From: a virus
Length of the DNA: 64,000 nt
IMG/VR virus record: IMGVR_UViG_3300028025_003904
Coordinates: 1 to 64,000 of that record
Strand: one strand, 5' to 3'
The notes under the pieces are model-generated. The model saw only the letters and a list, made by a program, of their open reading frames with translations, had not been told where the DNA came from and made no database searches. Shown here one piece after another: positions 54,837-64,000 of this stretch. Position 1 is the first letter of the stretch. Every line of letters begins with the position of its first letter. A program made the translations under genes and the position numbers.

Positions 54837-56492
54837 TTATTGTTTAAGAAATGTATTTAATTCAGTTTCTTTTGGTATTGTCTTTCCAATTGGTTCTAAA
54901 TTATCTATACCATCATAATGTTTGTTTGAACCAACCGCACGAGTTCTACTATTTAAACCCAATACATTTTTACTCAAATCAATACATCTTTCTCTGTAAT
55001 CTTTTATTTGTTGATTATTTTCATTTGCAGTTTGTATTGCAACATTTGCATCTTGTTTTCTAATAACACCAATTTTAGGAACTGGATTACCCTCTGTGTA
55101 ATGTATAGCAGCAGTATCTCCCGTTGCAGTTATTTCTATATTACTTCTTAATACACTATCACCAATTACATATGCCATCGTATTGTGTAAATCATATAAT
55201 GTATATTTCCCACCAGCTTTACGAACATCATTTAGTAATGTAGATTTAATAAATTCTTTTGTATTTGATAATTCATCTTTATCTACTATTTGATTTGGGT
55301 TTCCTTTTGATGGTTTTTGTAAATTAGTAAAAAATTTATCATTTGCTGGATTATCAAGTAAATCATTTATTTCTTTTTCAGTCAATGTTTGATTTCTTAA
55401 AAATGTACTTTGTGATTTAAAATATAACTTACCATTATCAGCTTTTACAATATCAGTTTCTTTTGTATTTGGATATTTTTCTTTGGTATATTCAGTTAGT
55501 TTTTGTTTTTTACCATTTATTCGAACTTCCTCACAAGTGTATTTATTAAAAAACGCACTTTTAACATCAATGATAGAACCAATTACATTTGTTGATTTTA
55601 GTTTTACGGCTTTGCCATTAACTTTTGTTTCATATTCATCATCACCATTATGTGATAATTTATCCAAATCTGCTTTACAATTCGCACCACGTTTATTTAC
55701 CCCACCATCACCTTTGGTTGTTTTTACGGATACATAACCTATAAATAATTCACCCTTTTCACCATTTGGTTTTACAAATGCAATATCATTTTTTCTTTCC
55801 GAGTCTGTAAGTAGATATGCTTCTACACCGGCATCCAAAGATTGTTTTAATGTTTGCAATTCACCAACTTCTCCTAACCATTTTTGTATAACATTTACAC
55901 CCGAATTAAATGTTTTTATTGCTAATTTTGTTTTATCATCAAACTTTTTTATTCTCTCATCTAACAATTTAGATGCTTGTTTTCTACCACTATCGGTTGA
56001 TACATCTATAATATTTCCACTTTCATCTACTAATTGTCTAACTAATGTTCCATTTGGTAATTCTTTATATTCGGGAGATGTTAATCCCTGCGTTGTTTCT
56101 GATTTTTGTGAAAATATAACCTTTAAATCATCAATTTGTGTTGTAGATAATTTTTCATCAGGAGTTTTTGCTTTACTAACATCATCTCTTTTTGCCTTTT
56201 TAATAGCAGCTGCGGATGGTTTTTTATATTTTCCAGGATTAGATTTGGCAGTATCTTTACTTACATCATATACATTTCCTGTTTTTACATTTTGGACCGT
56301 AACATCATTTGCTTCACACATTGCTTCAATACAAATATCTTTATATGGTGATAGCTTTGTATCACTAATAATTTCACCCAATATAAAAATATGAGATGGG
56401 TTTTTAAAATCAACTATACCAACTCTGTAAGTTAATTCTTCTAATATAATATCATATATTTCTTCTAAATTATCTAAAATCATAATTTTCAC
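54837..56492 (-). CDS. Hypothetical protein, possible PD-(D/E)xK-type nuclease domain
   Basis: 551 aa; GEVGE...NDIAF...YVSVKT pattern (weak). Confidence 0.55.
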   Translation of the reverse strand: MKIMILDNLEEIYDIILEELTYRVGIVDFKNPSHIFILGEIISDTKLSPYKDICIEAMCEANDVTVQNVKTGNVYDVSKDTAKSNPGKYKKPSAAAIKKAKRDDVSKAKTPDEKLSTTQIDDLKVIFSQKSETTQGLTSPEYKELPNGTLVRQLVDESGNIIDVSTDSGRKQASKLLDERIKKFDDKTKLAIKTFNSGVNVIQKWLGEVGELQTLKQSLDAGVEAYLLTDSERKNDIAFVKPNGEKGELFIGYVSVKTTKGDGGVNKRGANCKADLDKLSHNGDDEYETKVNGKAVKLKSTNVIGSIIDVKSAFFNKYTCEEVRINGKKQKLTEYTKEKYPNTKETDIVKADNGKLYFKSQSTFLRNQTLTEKEINDLLDNPANDKFFTNLQKPSKGNPNQIVDKDELSNTKEFIKSTLLNDVRKAGGKYTLYDLHNTMAYVIGDSVLRSNIEITATGDTAAIHYTEGNPVPKIGVIRKQDANVAIQTANENNQQIKDYRERCIDLSKNVLGLNSRTRAVGSNKHYDGIDNLEPIGKTIPKETELNTFLKQ

Positions 56493-57813
56493 CTGTTACT
56501 ATTGTTGCTGGAAACTCTTTTGAATCTATTATTTTTTCGTATATTTCTTCATATAAATATGTAATTTCGTAATTAGGAACATCAAATACAAATGCATCAT
56601 AGTTATACATTATCAGTTTTCCCAATCCTTTATACTTTTCTTTTATTTGTTTTAGGATTTGAATGTTTCGTTCTGTTTCGTATGCTTGAATTACATAGTT
56701 TAATACTTTTGCTGGTGGTGGATTATCTTCACCAAACTTTTCCTTTTTGATTTGTATATTATAGTGTGGTGTCATCACAAACCCATGTCTATCCAAATCT
56801 GCTTTGTATTTTAATGCTAATAAATTTACCTCATTAAAGAATGGCAACTCTTGCATTTCAGAACTTACCCCACCATATATAGATTGGAATACTAATTGTT
56901 TTGCCGCATCTCTTGCTCCATCCAAATCAGCTACACCACATATAGCAGCAATCCAATCGTAAAAATCTAATTGACTATTGAATTTACTCATCCATTCTTT
57001 AACTCCAATTTGATTTTTAATTAAATCAATAAGTAAATGTGGGTGATATGCTGAATAATCTATACTCACTAACTTACCATCTTTGAATCTACTAACGAAT
57101 GCCTTGCGTACATCACTCTTTTTTGGGATGGCTGAATAGTTTACACCGCCATGCCTATTTGAAGGCCGTAGAGTGGAAGTAAATAGGTTATATTCGGTAA
57201 ATACTAACCCATCCTTATTGATATGTTTTTGTGGTAGTAAATCCCTTAATTTTTCATCTACAAATATACCTGATTTTTCTATCCATTGGAATACTTCGGT
57301 TGCATCTTTTACAAAATTAAATACAGATTCACCAACTCCATCTTCTAATTCATATTGTAATATGTTCTTTATTATACCAACTTGCTTTGATAATGGAATA
57401 CTATCGTTTAAGTTGTTTTGATATTGTTGTGGTGTACTTCGTTTGTAGAATGATTGTATTTCTCTGAATGGTTCTTCTTCGTTTGGTCCGCTTGTAATGA
57501 ATCTGTATAAATCAATATCAACCGATTGTTTTAATTCGATTAAATGTTGCACACTCTTACCATTTATGAGTGCTTTACTTCGTGGTGATTCTTCTAATAA
57601 CTTTAACGCATCTTCTCTTAAACTTAAACCATCGGTGTGGTTTATATTGATTACATAAAGTTTTTTCATAGAACTAACCACAATGAATGATATGCGATTG
57701 TTTAGAGCATGCTTATCCACATCCGAAAGTTGAATGTAAATTCTACTTGGACGAGTATTAAACTCCAATAAGAAATCATTAAACGATTGAGAATCCTCTA
57801 TGTATATAACCAT
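56470..57813 (-). CDS. Short family A DNA polymerase-like protein
   Basis: T.RPSN..GG.NY.A, motif A IDYSAYH, motif B AKQLVFQSIYG, NYVIQ, motif C YNYDAF. Confidence 0.75.
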   Translation of the reverse strand: MVIYIEDSQSFNDFLLEFNTRPSRIYIQLSDVDKHALNNRISFIVVSSMKKLYVININHTDGLSLREDALKLLEESPRSKALINGKSVQHLIELKQSVDIDLYRFITSGPNEEEPFREIQSFYKRSTPQQYQNNLNDSIPLSKQVGIIKNILQYELEDGVGESVFNFVKDATEVFQWIEKSGIFVDEKLRDLLPQKHINKDGLVFTEYNLFTSTLRPSNRHGGVNYSAIPKKSDVRKAFVSRFKDGKLVSIDYSAYHPHLLIDLIKNQIGVKEWMSKFNSQLDFYDWIAAICGVADLDGARDAAKQLVFQSIYGGVSSEMQELPFFNEVNLLALKYKADLDRHGFVMTPHYNIQIKKEKFGEDNPPPAKVLNYVIQAYETERNIQILKQIKEKYKGLGKLIMYNYDAFVFDVPNYEITYLYEEIYEKIIDSKEFPATIVTGENYDFR

Positions 57814-57849
57814 CTTACAAATATAACAAAAAGATTTGGTATATCCAAA

Positions 57850-58209
57850 TTATCCTCTATAAAATTTTGTAAGGTTTTTCACATAAGTATCTATGTTACC
57901 CATAGTTTCTTGTGCGTAGTTTATGGAACGTTGATTTAGTTGTTCTACCTCAAACTTATTGCCACCTGCTATTTTCCATCTCAAAGTACAAGTCAAATAA
58001 TTATCCATATACTTATATGAATCATAATTACTTTTATCAACTTCGTATATTATACCAGTTACATCATTTCGTTTTCTTACAAAATAGCGTAAGATATAAC
58101 CCGCCATATAATCTCTTTCGTTTGGAGACGGTTCGGAGGTTGTTATTCTTTTTTCAATTGTTTTTGAACCAATTTTTAACCCCAAATATGTAGATACATT
58201 ATTATCCAT
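57850..58209 (-). CDS. Hypothetical protein
   Basis: 119 aa, coupled to the upstream structural gene. Confidence 0.7.
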   Translation of the reverse strand: MDNNVSTYLGLKIGSKTIEKRITTSEPSPNERDYMAGYILRYFVRKRNDVTGIIYEVDKSNYDSYKYMDNYLTCTLRWKIAGGNKFEVEQLNQRSINYAQETMGNIDTYVKNLTKFYRG

Positions 58210-60245
58210 TAGTTTCCTGGTCTATATTTGAATTTTATACTAGTTTGCCATAATGCAGAATCTACTGTATGATTTACTTCTACTACTTGCAATAACCCTT
58301 TACTATCGTTAAATGGTAAATCCTCTATATTACATATTTTACCAACCGTAACACCTGATACTCCTAATGTTGTTATTTCTAATTCAATTGGTAGTAATGG
58401 ATTATTTTTTGTAGTACCACTATCCTTTCCAAAATAAAGATATTTTAATAATTGTGTATCTTTTACAGAAACTTTAAATCCATTTTTATCTGTTGGTACA
58501 TTAAATTCAAATTCATTGTGTTTATAACTTATAATAGTGCAATTTTCATCAACTACTCCACTAATTCCAGTCATACCTTCATATGCACCTTCTACTGCAC
58601 TAAATATTTTTTTAATACCTTCCCAAGATTTTTTAGCCAATTCAACCGCTTCATCTGCTAATTTGATTTGGTCTTTTGGAACTCCCGTGCCTCCTACAAT
58701 TGGTATTTTATCAGCTGATTCTTTGTATCCAAAACAATCACACTTATCTGGGTTGTATTCAAAAAATAAATTTTTACCAATTTCTCTATTTTTTTGGTCT
58801 CTATTTTGTGTCATAGCCATTGCTGCTATTTCTTTTGGTAAATCACTTACAAAATTTACACCCGTAATCGTTGTATTATCTCCAAATAAGTTTAATGTAG
58901 ATACCTTTGGTGGAGTTGGTGGAATTAATGAATAGTCTACAATGGTATATACCATTTTATTCTTATCTTTTGTGGAAGAAACTTGTGGAGCAAGGTCTGT
59001 TAAACCAGCTGATGCTTTATTTATTTCTGTACATAAATCCGCCAATATATCTTTTGAATTACCATTTGAATGTTTATTAAATAATTCCTCTAAAAATTCT
59101 TGCTTAACATAAATATTTTTTATATACCCCCATCGGCCAGCATCAAAGTTTACAACTCCCCCATCTATATCCCAACTAGTACCAGTTTGTTGTACATACG
59201 TTTGACCTTTTCCTCTATGCTTTATATCTTGTGTATTTAAAATATCTAATATCAATTTACCATCTGCCGATTTTGTTGGATTTGCTGCTTTTTCATTTGT
59301 AAAAATTATATTTTCCGAATTACTCAACATATTTGGGTGAGCACAAGCAATAGCTCTATCTATATCTACAATAAACGAATTTTTTTCGCCATTGTTTTTA
59401 TTTATTGTAAAACGGACAATCCATTCCATATCAATATAAATTGAGTCTGATGTGGAATCATATGATAAACCAGCTGCTTCAGCTAATAAAGATGTACCTT
59501 TTTCAACTATACCACGATTAGAATACCCATAGTTAATAAAATGGTCTCTAAACGCATTATAGTTTGATTTTAATTTTTTAAACTCCTCATCTGATAAATT
59601 AAATAAAGATGAAATTTTACCATCTAATTTTTCTTGTGTAGATGATGCGGTTGTTGAATCTTTATCTTTTACAGTATTTCCAAAAAATGCAGATATTTCA
59701 TTTTTACTACCTACTTTAAATATTACATCAACGGTTGCATCATCATTTACAGATATACTAAAATCCATAAGTGGTCCAACTATAATATCTTTTGAATTAC
59801 CAGCACTATTACAATATGTTCTCCATGCACTTACATCATCAACCAATTGTTTAGCCTGACCGCAAGTCAATGGTGATGCATCTTGTGGTGTACCATCTCT
59901 TTTCTTACTCCACCCCCAAACAATAGATTTTGCAGAACCTACTCTAAAAAAGTCCTGATATTGTTTTAGTTGACTCATTGATGCAAACTTAACAGTAACA
60001 CTACCTTCGCGTATTACACCAAGAGAACCTGTTGGTTTTATTTCCAAATTTGTTATTACAGGTGGAAACCTTTCAGTTCCTCTATTACTATATTCGTAAC
60101 TGGCGTTTGTACCGATTGTTTTATCTCCGTTATATTCGCTGAATAAAACAAATGGAGCAGCTCCGCTAAATAAAGTCCTTTCTACATTTTGAATTTTTTT
60201 CAAAATGTCTGACTCTAATGGTGTAAAAAATGGAAAACTATTCAT
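58209..60245 (-). CDS. Putative baseplate hub / tail structural protein
   Basis: Position after the LysM-like wedge gene; C-terminal LPIELEIT..G.SG..V..V.H.V....W.T pattern. Confidence 0.55.
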   Translation of the reverse strand: MNSFPFFTPLESDILKKIQNVERTLFSGAAPFVLFSEYNGDKTIGTNASYEYSNRGTERFPPVITNLEIKPTGSLGVIREGSVTVKFASMSQLKQYQDFFRVGSAKSIVWGWSKKRDGTPQDASPLTCGQAKQLVDDVSAWRTYCNSAGNSKDIIVGPLMDFSISVNDDATVDVIFKVGSKNEISAFFGNTVKDKDSTTASSTQEKLDGKISSLFNLSDEEFKKLKSNYNAFRDHFINYGYSNRGIVEKGTSLLAEAAGLSYDSTSDSIYIDMEWIVRFTINKNNGEKNSFIVDIDRAIACAHPNMLSNSENIIFTNEKAANPTKSADGKLILDILNTQDIKHRGKGQTYVQQTGTSWDIDGGVVNFDAGRWGYIKNIYVKQEFLEELFNKHSNGNSKDILADLCTEINKASAGLTDLAPQVSSTKDKNKMVYTIVDYSLIPPTPPKVSTLNLFGDNTTITGVNFVSDLPKEIAAMAMTQNRDQKNREIGKNLFFEYNPDKCDCFGYKESADKIPIVGGTGVPKDQIKLADEAVELAKKSWEGIKKIFSAVEGAYEGMTGISGVVDENCTIISYKHNEFEFNVPTDKNGFKVSVKDTQLLKYLYFGKDSGTTKNNPLLPIELEITTLGVSGVTVGKICNIEDLPFNDSKGLLQVVEVNHTVDSALWQTSIKFKYRPGN

Positions 60246-60246
60246 A

Positions 60247-60528
60247 TTAAAATTTTCTTGTAACCGATGATGCGTTGTTTGGGATTCTTAATTGTAATCC
60301 CGGTTCTAATTTTGTATCTATATCTGTAAGATTATTGTATGTTGCTATTACCCACCACAATTTAGAATCACCATAAAATTGATTTGCTAACAAATCTAAT
60401 CTGTCATCTTCTTCTGTTATTATTAAAATATCAGAATCAACTGGTTCTATATATGGCAATAATATAGAATTATATACTAATCCTTTAGCATTTTTGTATT
60501 CTACCGATAAATTACTATATCTTCCCAT
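60247..60528 (-). CDS. LysM-like baseplate wedge protein (gp53 / tail X-like)
   Basis: DRLDLLANQFYGDSKLWWVIA..N...G.QLRIP. Confidence 0.82.
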   Translation of the reverse strand: MGRYSNLSVEYKNAKGLVYNSILLPYIEPVDSDILIITEEDDRLDLLANQFYGDSKLWWVIATYNNLTDIDTKLEPGLQLRIPNNASSVTRKF

Positions 60529-60538
60529 ATTTTTTTAA

Positions 60539-62986
60539 TTAATTTTGAGCATTATCAACGGCTCTTACTTTGAAAAGTTTATCTTTACCAAAAATATTCT
60601 TTTTCCAATCACCTGTTTTTGGGTCATATTCTTTCTGTTTTCCCCATTTTGGAGTCTGTACAGGTGAATCATTTGAACTTGGAGTTATTGCTTTGTTTAC
60701 TGTAAATGAATTAGATTCAGCTGCATTAGCTGTACCTAATGTGGGTGTGCTAGTTTGTTTCAAATAATCAGCTGCTGCATTTGTTTGTTGAATATCTGCA
60801 TTTGCTTCTAGTGTAGGTAAATCTGTTCTTGTTGAATTTAAATATTCTTCTGCTTTTTGTGTATCGTATAAATCATTATCTGCTTCTACAAATGTTTGAT
60901 ATGGAGACATTTCCCCAGCACCTTTTGGTGTAAATTCAAATTTATTTAAAGCAGTTTTAGGTAACTGAACCATATCTATTGTTGGCATAGATGGTCTAGG
61001 TGGTAGTTGTAAAGGTGGAAGTGGTATTCTACCTTCTTTTTCCAATGTACTATACAAATATCCAGGAGGAGTTATTCCATCATAAAAATTTTCTTTTCTT
61101 CCAACATTCAAAACTTTATATGTAAAATCCATTTCACACATAAATGGTGATTGTGATTTTTTTTGAATTTCCCATGGTGCATTATCCGGAACTGTCATTG
61201 TGCAATTAGTCAAAAATCCACTTTCTTCATTTATTAAATTGCCTATTTTCAATTTTAGTAATTTACCAAATATACCCTGATTTGTACCAAATCCAGATGG
61301 CTTTGTTAATTGCATTAATGCATTTACTTTTTTCCAAAGTTCTCCTAATTCAAGTTCGTTTGTAGCATATAATTGAACTTTAAATGATATTTCTCTTTCA
61401 AAACTTTCATAAAAATAAAACTTGTATGGAGAACCAATGCCTTTGGCTTCTGACCAATTAGGTGTAGGTGTATCTGTTAAACCTGTCAATGTTGACATTA
61501 ATTTTATTTCTACTCCTGATTTTCCTTCTATCAAAGTAAAAGATACTTGAATTAAATCATACCCTTTATCATTTAACGCGTCTTTTGATAAATTTCTATG
61601 CTCTTTGTTTATTTTACCAACTAAATTATCACCCGTTCTATTATCGTAACCTCCAAATAATCCAGTATTTACATCATTATCTTCATCATAAGCCATATCC
61701 GAAAATCTTTTTGGCTTATTTACATTAATTACATCTATAATTTTATACTCACCAGCTCTAGTATTACCAATTGGTGAATTTGTAACATTTAAAAATCCTT
61801 CTCTATCGTAATAAACTCCACCAAGTTCTACTTTGTCAGTTCGATATGTATTTAAACCCTCTGATTTTGATTGCAATACACTATTTGCTTTTGGAGAATT
61901 AAATCCTAATGTGGGAACACCATCTACATTATTTCGTTTAATAGCAAGATTATCTAAATCCTGTGTAGTAGCTAAATTTGTAGCATTTACTAAATAATCG
62001 TCCTTTTTGGTAAATGTATAAATTAAATTAGTATCATACAATCTCTTACCAGAATCAGTAACAAAAATATTTAATTTTGCATTATATCTACGAGATGAAT
62101 TAGCGTTATATATTATACTTTGTGGGTTTATATTTTCTACTAAATTACCACGAAGATGTTTTGGAACTCCTGGATTATTTTCCGTAACCCCATATAAAGT
62201 ACCATCGTATATTTGGCCAATATTTGGCTTTCTTGCAAATTGAGATTGGTTAAAATTTACACCATTCTGTGGATTAGTATATCCGTTAGATTTATCAAAC
62301 TTGTAATTTACTTTTTGACCATTTACTAACCCATCAACATACATAGATGGATACATAGTTTGCTCTCTTTTAACTCCACCTACAATTCCACCTAATAATG
62401 TAGGTTCTTCGGTACCCTGTTTTCCAATTCCCAATTGATTTGCAACACCACCTACTTTTTTCGAAGCATAATCTGCTATAACACTTGTTGCTGCAGGTCC
62501 TATGTTTTGTATATATTGTGTTGGAGTGGCAAATGAACTTAAAAAATTACCAACTGCGGTTTTTTTGTTTTCAACACCACCAGTTAGCATATCAGTATAT
62601 AGGCCTTTTGTGGTAGATGTTCCTTCAATTAAATCACTTGGTAATTGTGGTTTAATAGTTTCATTTAATTTGTTATTTAGAAAACTACCAGCACTTTTAC
62701 CAATACCACCAAGTTTACCTAATCCTTTTTCAATTAAATTACCAGCTACTTTTAATGATTTTTGTTTTAATTTTTTTGTATCTACTTTACCTTGTGTAAG
62801 AATACGCACCGAATCCGTACCATATATAGTTGGTATGTTTTCAACAAGGTTTTTTAATTGCTTTACATCGTTTGAAAATTTATCATTTGGCTTTGGAGAA
62901 AGCATATCTGATTTAACATTTCTAGGATTTAAATTATTATCCTGAAAATTGTGTTCGTTCAATAAATCTCTTAATGCTTTTCCCAT
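60539..62986 (-). CDS. Putative tail-tube initiator / baseplate protein
   Basis: TD...PNW...G.....Y.YESFEREISF...LKIGN......GF......PWEI tube-like domain; follows the tape measure. Confidence 0.6.
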   Translation of the reverse strand: MGKALRDLLNEHNFQDNNLNPRNVKSDMLSPKPNDKFSNDVKQLKNLVENIPTIYGTDSVRILTQGKVDTKKLKQKSLKVAGNLIEKGLGKLGGIGKSAGSFLNNKLNETIKPQLPSDLIEGTSTTKGLYTDMLTGGVENKKTAVGNFLSSFATPTQYIQNIGPAATSVIADYASKKVGGVANQLGIGKQGTEEPTLLGGIVGGVKREQTMYPSMYVDGLVNGQKVNYKFDKSNGYTNPQNGVNFNQSQFARKPNIGQIYDGTLYGVTENNPGVPKHLRGNLVENINPQSIIYNANSSRRYNAKLNIFVTDSGKRLYDTNLIYTFTKKDDYLVNATNLATTQDLDNLAIKRNNVDGVPTLGFNSPKANSVLQSKSEGLNTYRTDKVELGGVYYDREGFLNVTNSPIGNTRAGEYKIIDVINVNKPKRFSDMAYDEDNDVNTGLFGGYDNRTGDNLVGKINKEHRNLSKDALNDKGYDLIQVSFTLIEGKSGVEIKLMSTLTGLTDTPTPNWSEAKGIGSPYKFYFYESFEREISFKVQLYATNELELGELWKKVNALMQLTKPSGFGTNQGIFGKLLKLKIGNLINEESGFLTNCTMTVPDNAPWEIQKKSQSPFMCEMDFTYKVLNVGRKENFYDGITPPGYLYSTLEKEGRIPLPPLQLPPRPSMPTIDMVQLPKTALNKFEFTPKGAGEMSPYQTFVEADNDLYDTQKAEEYLNSTRTDLPTLEANADIQQTNAAADYLKQTSTPTLGTANAAESNSFTVNKAITPSSNDSPVQTPKWGKQKEYDPKTGDWKKNIFGKDKLFKVRAVDNAQN

Positions 62987-62990
62987 TTAA

Positions 62991-64000
62991 TTATCCTTGA
63001 CTATTATTTTTAATATTTTGAACATGTCCTTTGTAAATTTGTCTACTATCCAAACTAACAACAACCGCCAAGTTTTTAATATCTGCCCTTAAACCTCTAA
63101 TTTCTTCTATCAATCCACCATCTCCACCGTCACCACCGGAGGAATTACCACCTAACATTACATCACCACCCAATGCCATAAATCCACCAACTGCTAACAA
63201 ACCAGGAAGTGCCAAAAGAGATGCTCCGGCAAAGGCCATTAACGATGCTGATAATGCAGCAAAGCCACCTGCCATTGCAAGTAATCCTAATGCAGAATCA
63301 ATTGATAATAATGGTAATAACGCCGTCATCATAGATGTTATACTACCTACAATTACTGAAATACCAGTTGCTATTGATGTTATAACACTCGTTATAACTA
63401 CACCAATTGCTTGGATTGCTGGAGTCATTAAACTTAATCCATATCCAAATGCAACAAATGCACCTGCTAGTGCAAGTATAACCCCAACACCTAACAATCC
63501 AAAAGTTCCTGCGGTTGCTCCAAATGATACCAATGCAGGTCCTAATAAATTTAATCCAGCTGCTGCGGATGATGCAGCTAATCCGAATAACCCCATCCCA
63601 ATTGCACCAGGTATCATAAGTATAAATGCACCTGCGGTTGCTGCTAATGTACCAACTGCGAGAAGTGGAACTGTTGCAAATGATAACAAACCAACTGCCA
63701 ATTTAGATAAACCCTTACCAGCCGTTGCTCCAAATGCACCAACTGCCATCATACCAGGTGTACCCAATGATAATAATAATAAAGCAGGACCTGCCAATGC
63801 AGTATTTAATATACCCATACTAACACCCGGCTTCCCCATAGCTTGAAAACCTTTGGCCATTTGTGTTTGTTGATTTGTGGAACTTTTACTTGGAGGTGTA
63901 GTTGGTGTTATAGCTCCGCCTTTTCCTAAATTTTTAATTGTTTTTATTTCTTTGGTATCCGTTATACCACCAAAACCTTGAAACCCCTTTCCAGTAAGCA
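62991..64000 (-). CDS. Tape measure protein, C-terminal part
   Basis: Ala/Gly/Leu-rich helical sequence; frame stays open to the window end; precedes baseplate genes. Confidence 0.75.
   Translation of the reverse strand, partial: LTGKGFQGFGGITDTKEIKTIKNLGKGGAITPTTPPSKSSTNQQTQMAKGFQAMGKPGVSMGILNTALAGPALLLLSLGTPGMMAVGAFGATAGKGLSKLAVGLLSFATVPLLAVGTLAATAGAFILMIPGAIGMGLFGLAASSAAAGLNLLGPALVSFGATAGTFGLLGVGVILALAGAFVAFGYGLSLMTPAIQAIGVVITSVITSIATGISVIVGSITSMMTALLPLLSIDSALGLLAMAGGFAALSASLMAFAGASLLALPGLLAVGGFMALGGDVMLGGNSSGGDGGDGGLIEEIRGLRADIKNLAVVVSLDSRQIYKGHVQNIKNNSQG

Overview
This window is a 64-kb segment of a large, AT-rich, T4-like (myovirus-type) phage genome, with almost all genes on the minus strand. 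The host is most likely Bacteroidota: many TTTG-N19/21-TAnnTTTG promoters, a TonB-dependent receptor, lipoproteins, and few Shine-Dalgarno sites. From left to right it holds: (1) small early genes in promoter cassettes (1-3.5 kb); (2) a ~14-kb cluster of secreted/envelope genes (CsgG-like proteins, cohesin/dockerin-like and C-type-lectin proteins, TonB receptor plus beta-helix lipoprotein with a Pho-box-like repeat, lipase); (3) a replication module (clamp loader, clamp, family B polymerase with an apparent ATT start, methyltransferase, GroES); (4) a ~9.5-kb RNA island with 25 tRNAs covering all 20 amino acids, a tmRNA, a ~840-nt GOLLD-like RNA, three aberrant tRNA-like RNAs and several unexplained structured RNAs; (5) four 2OG-Fe(II) oxygenases, nucleotide metabolism, recombination genes and a short PolA-like gene; (6) baseplate and tape-measure genes. 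The top candidate for an undescribed system is a 47-codon leader ORF (33004-33147) in front of the tRNA block. It samples 19 amino acids and 27 different codons in its first 29 codons and overlaps a terminator/antiterminator switch. It looks like a pan-tRNA-sensing attenuator that would switch on phage tRNAs when any host tRNA is depleted. All calls were made by eye from the sequence and family knowledge; no searches or folding programs were run.
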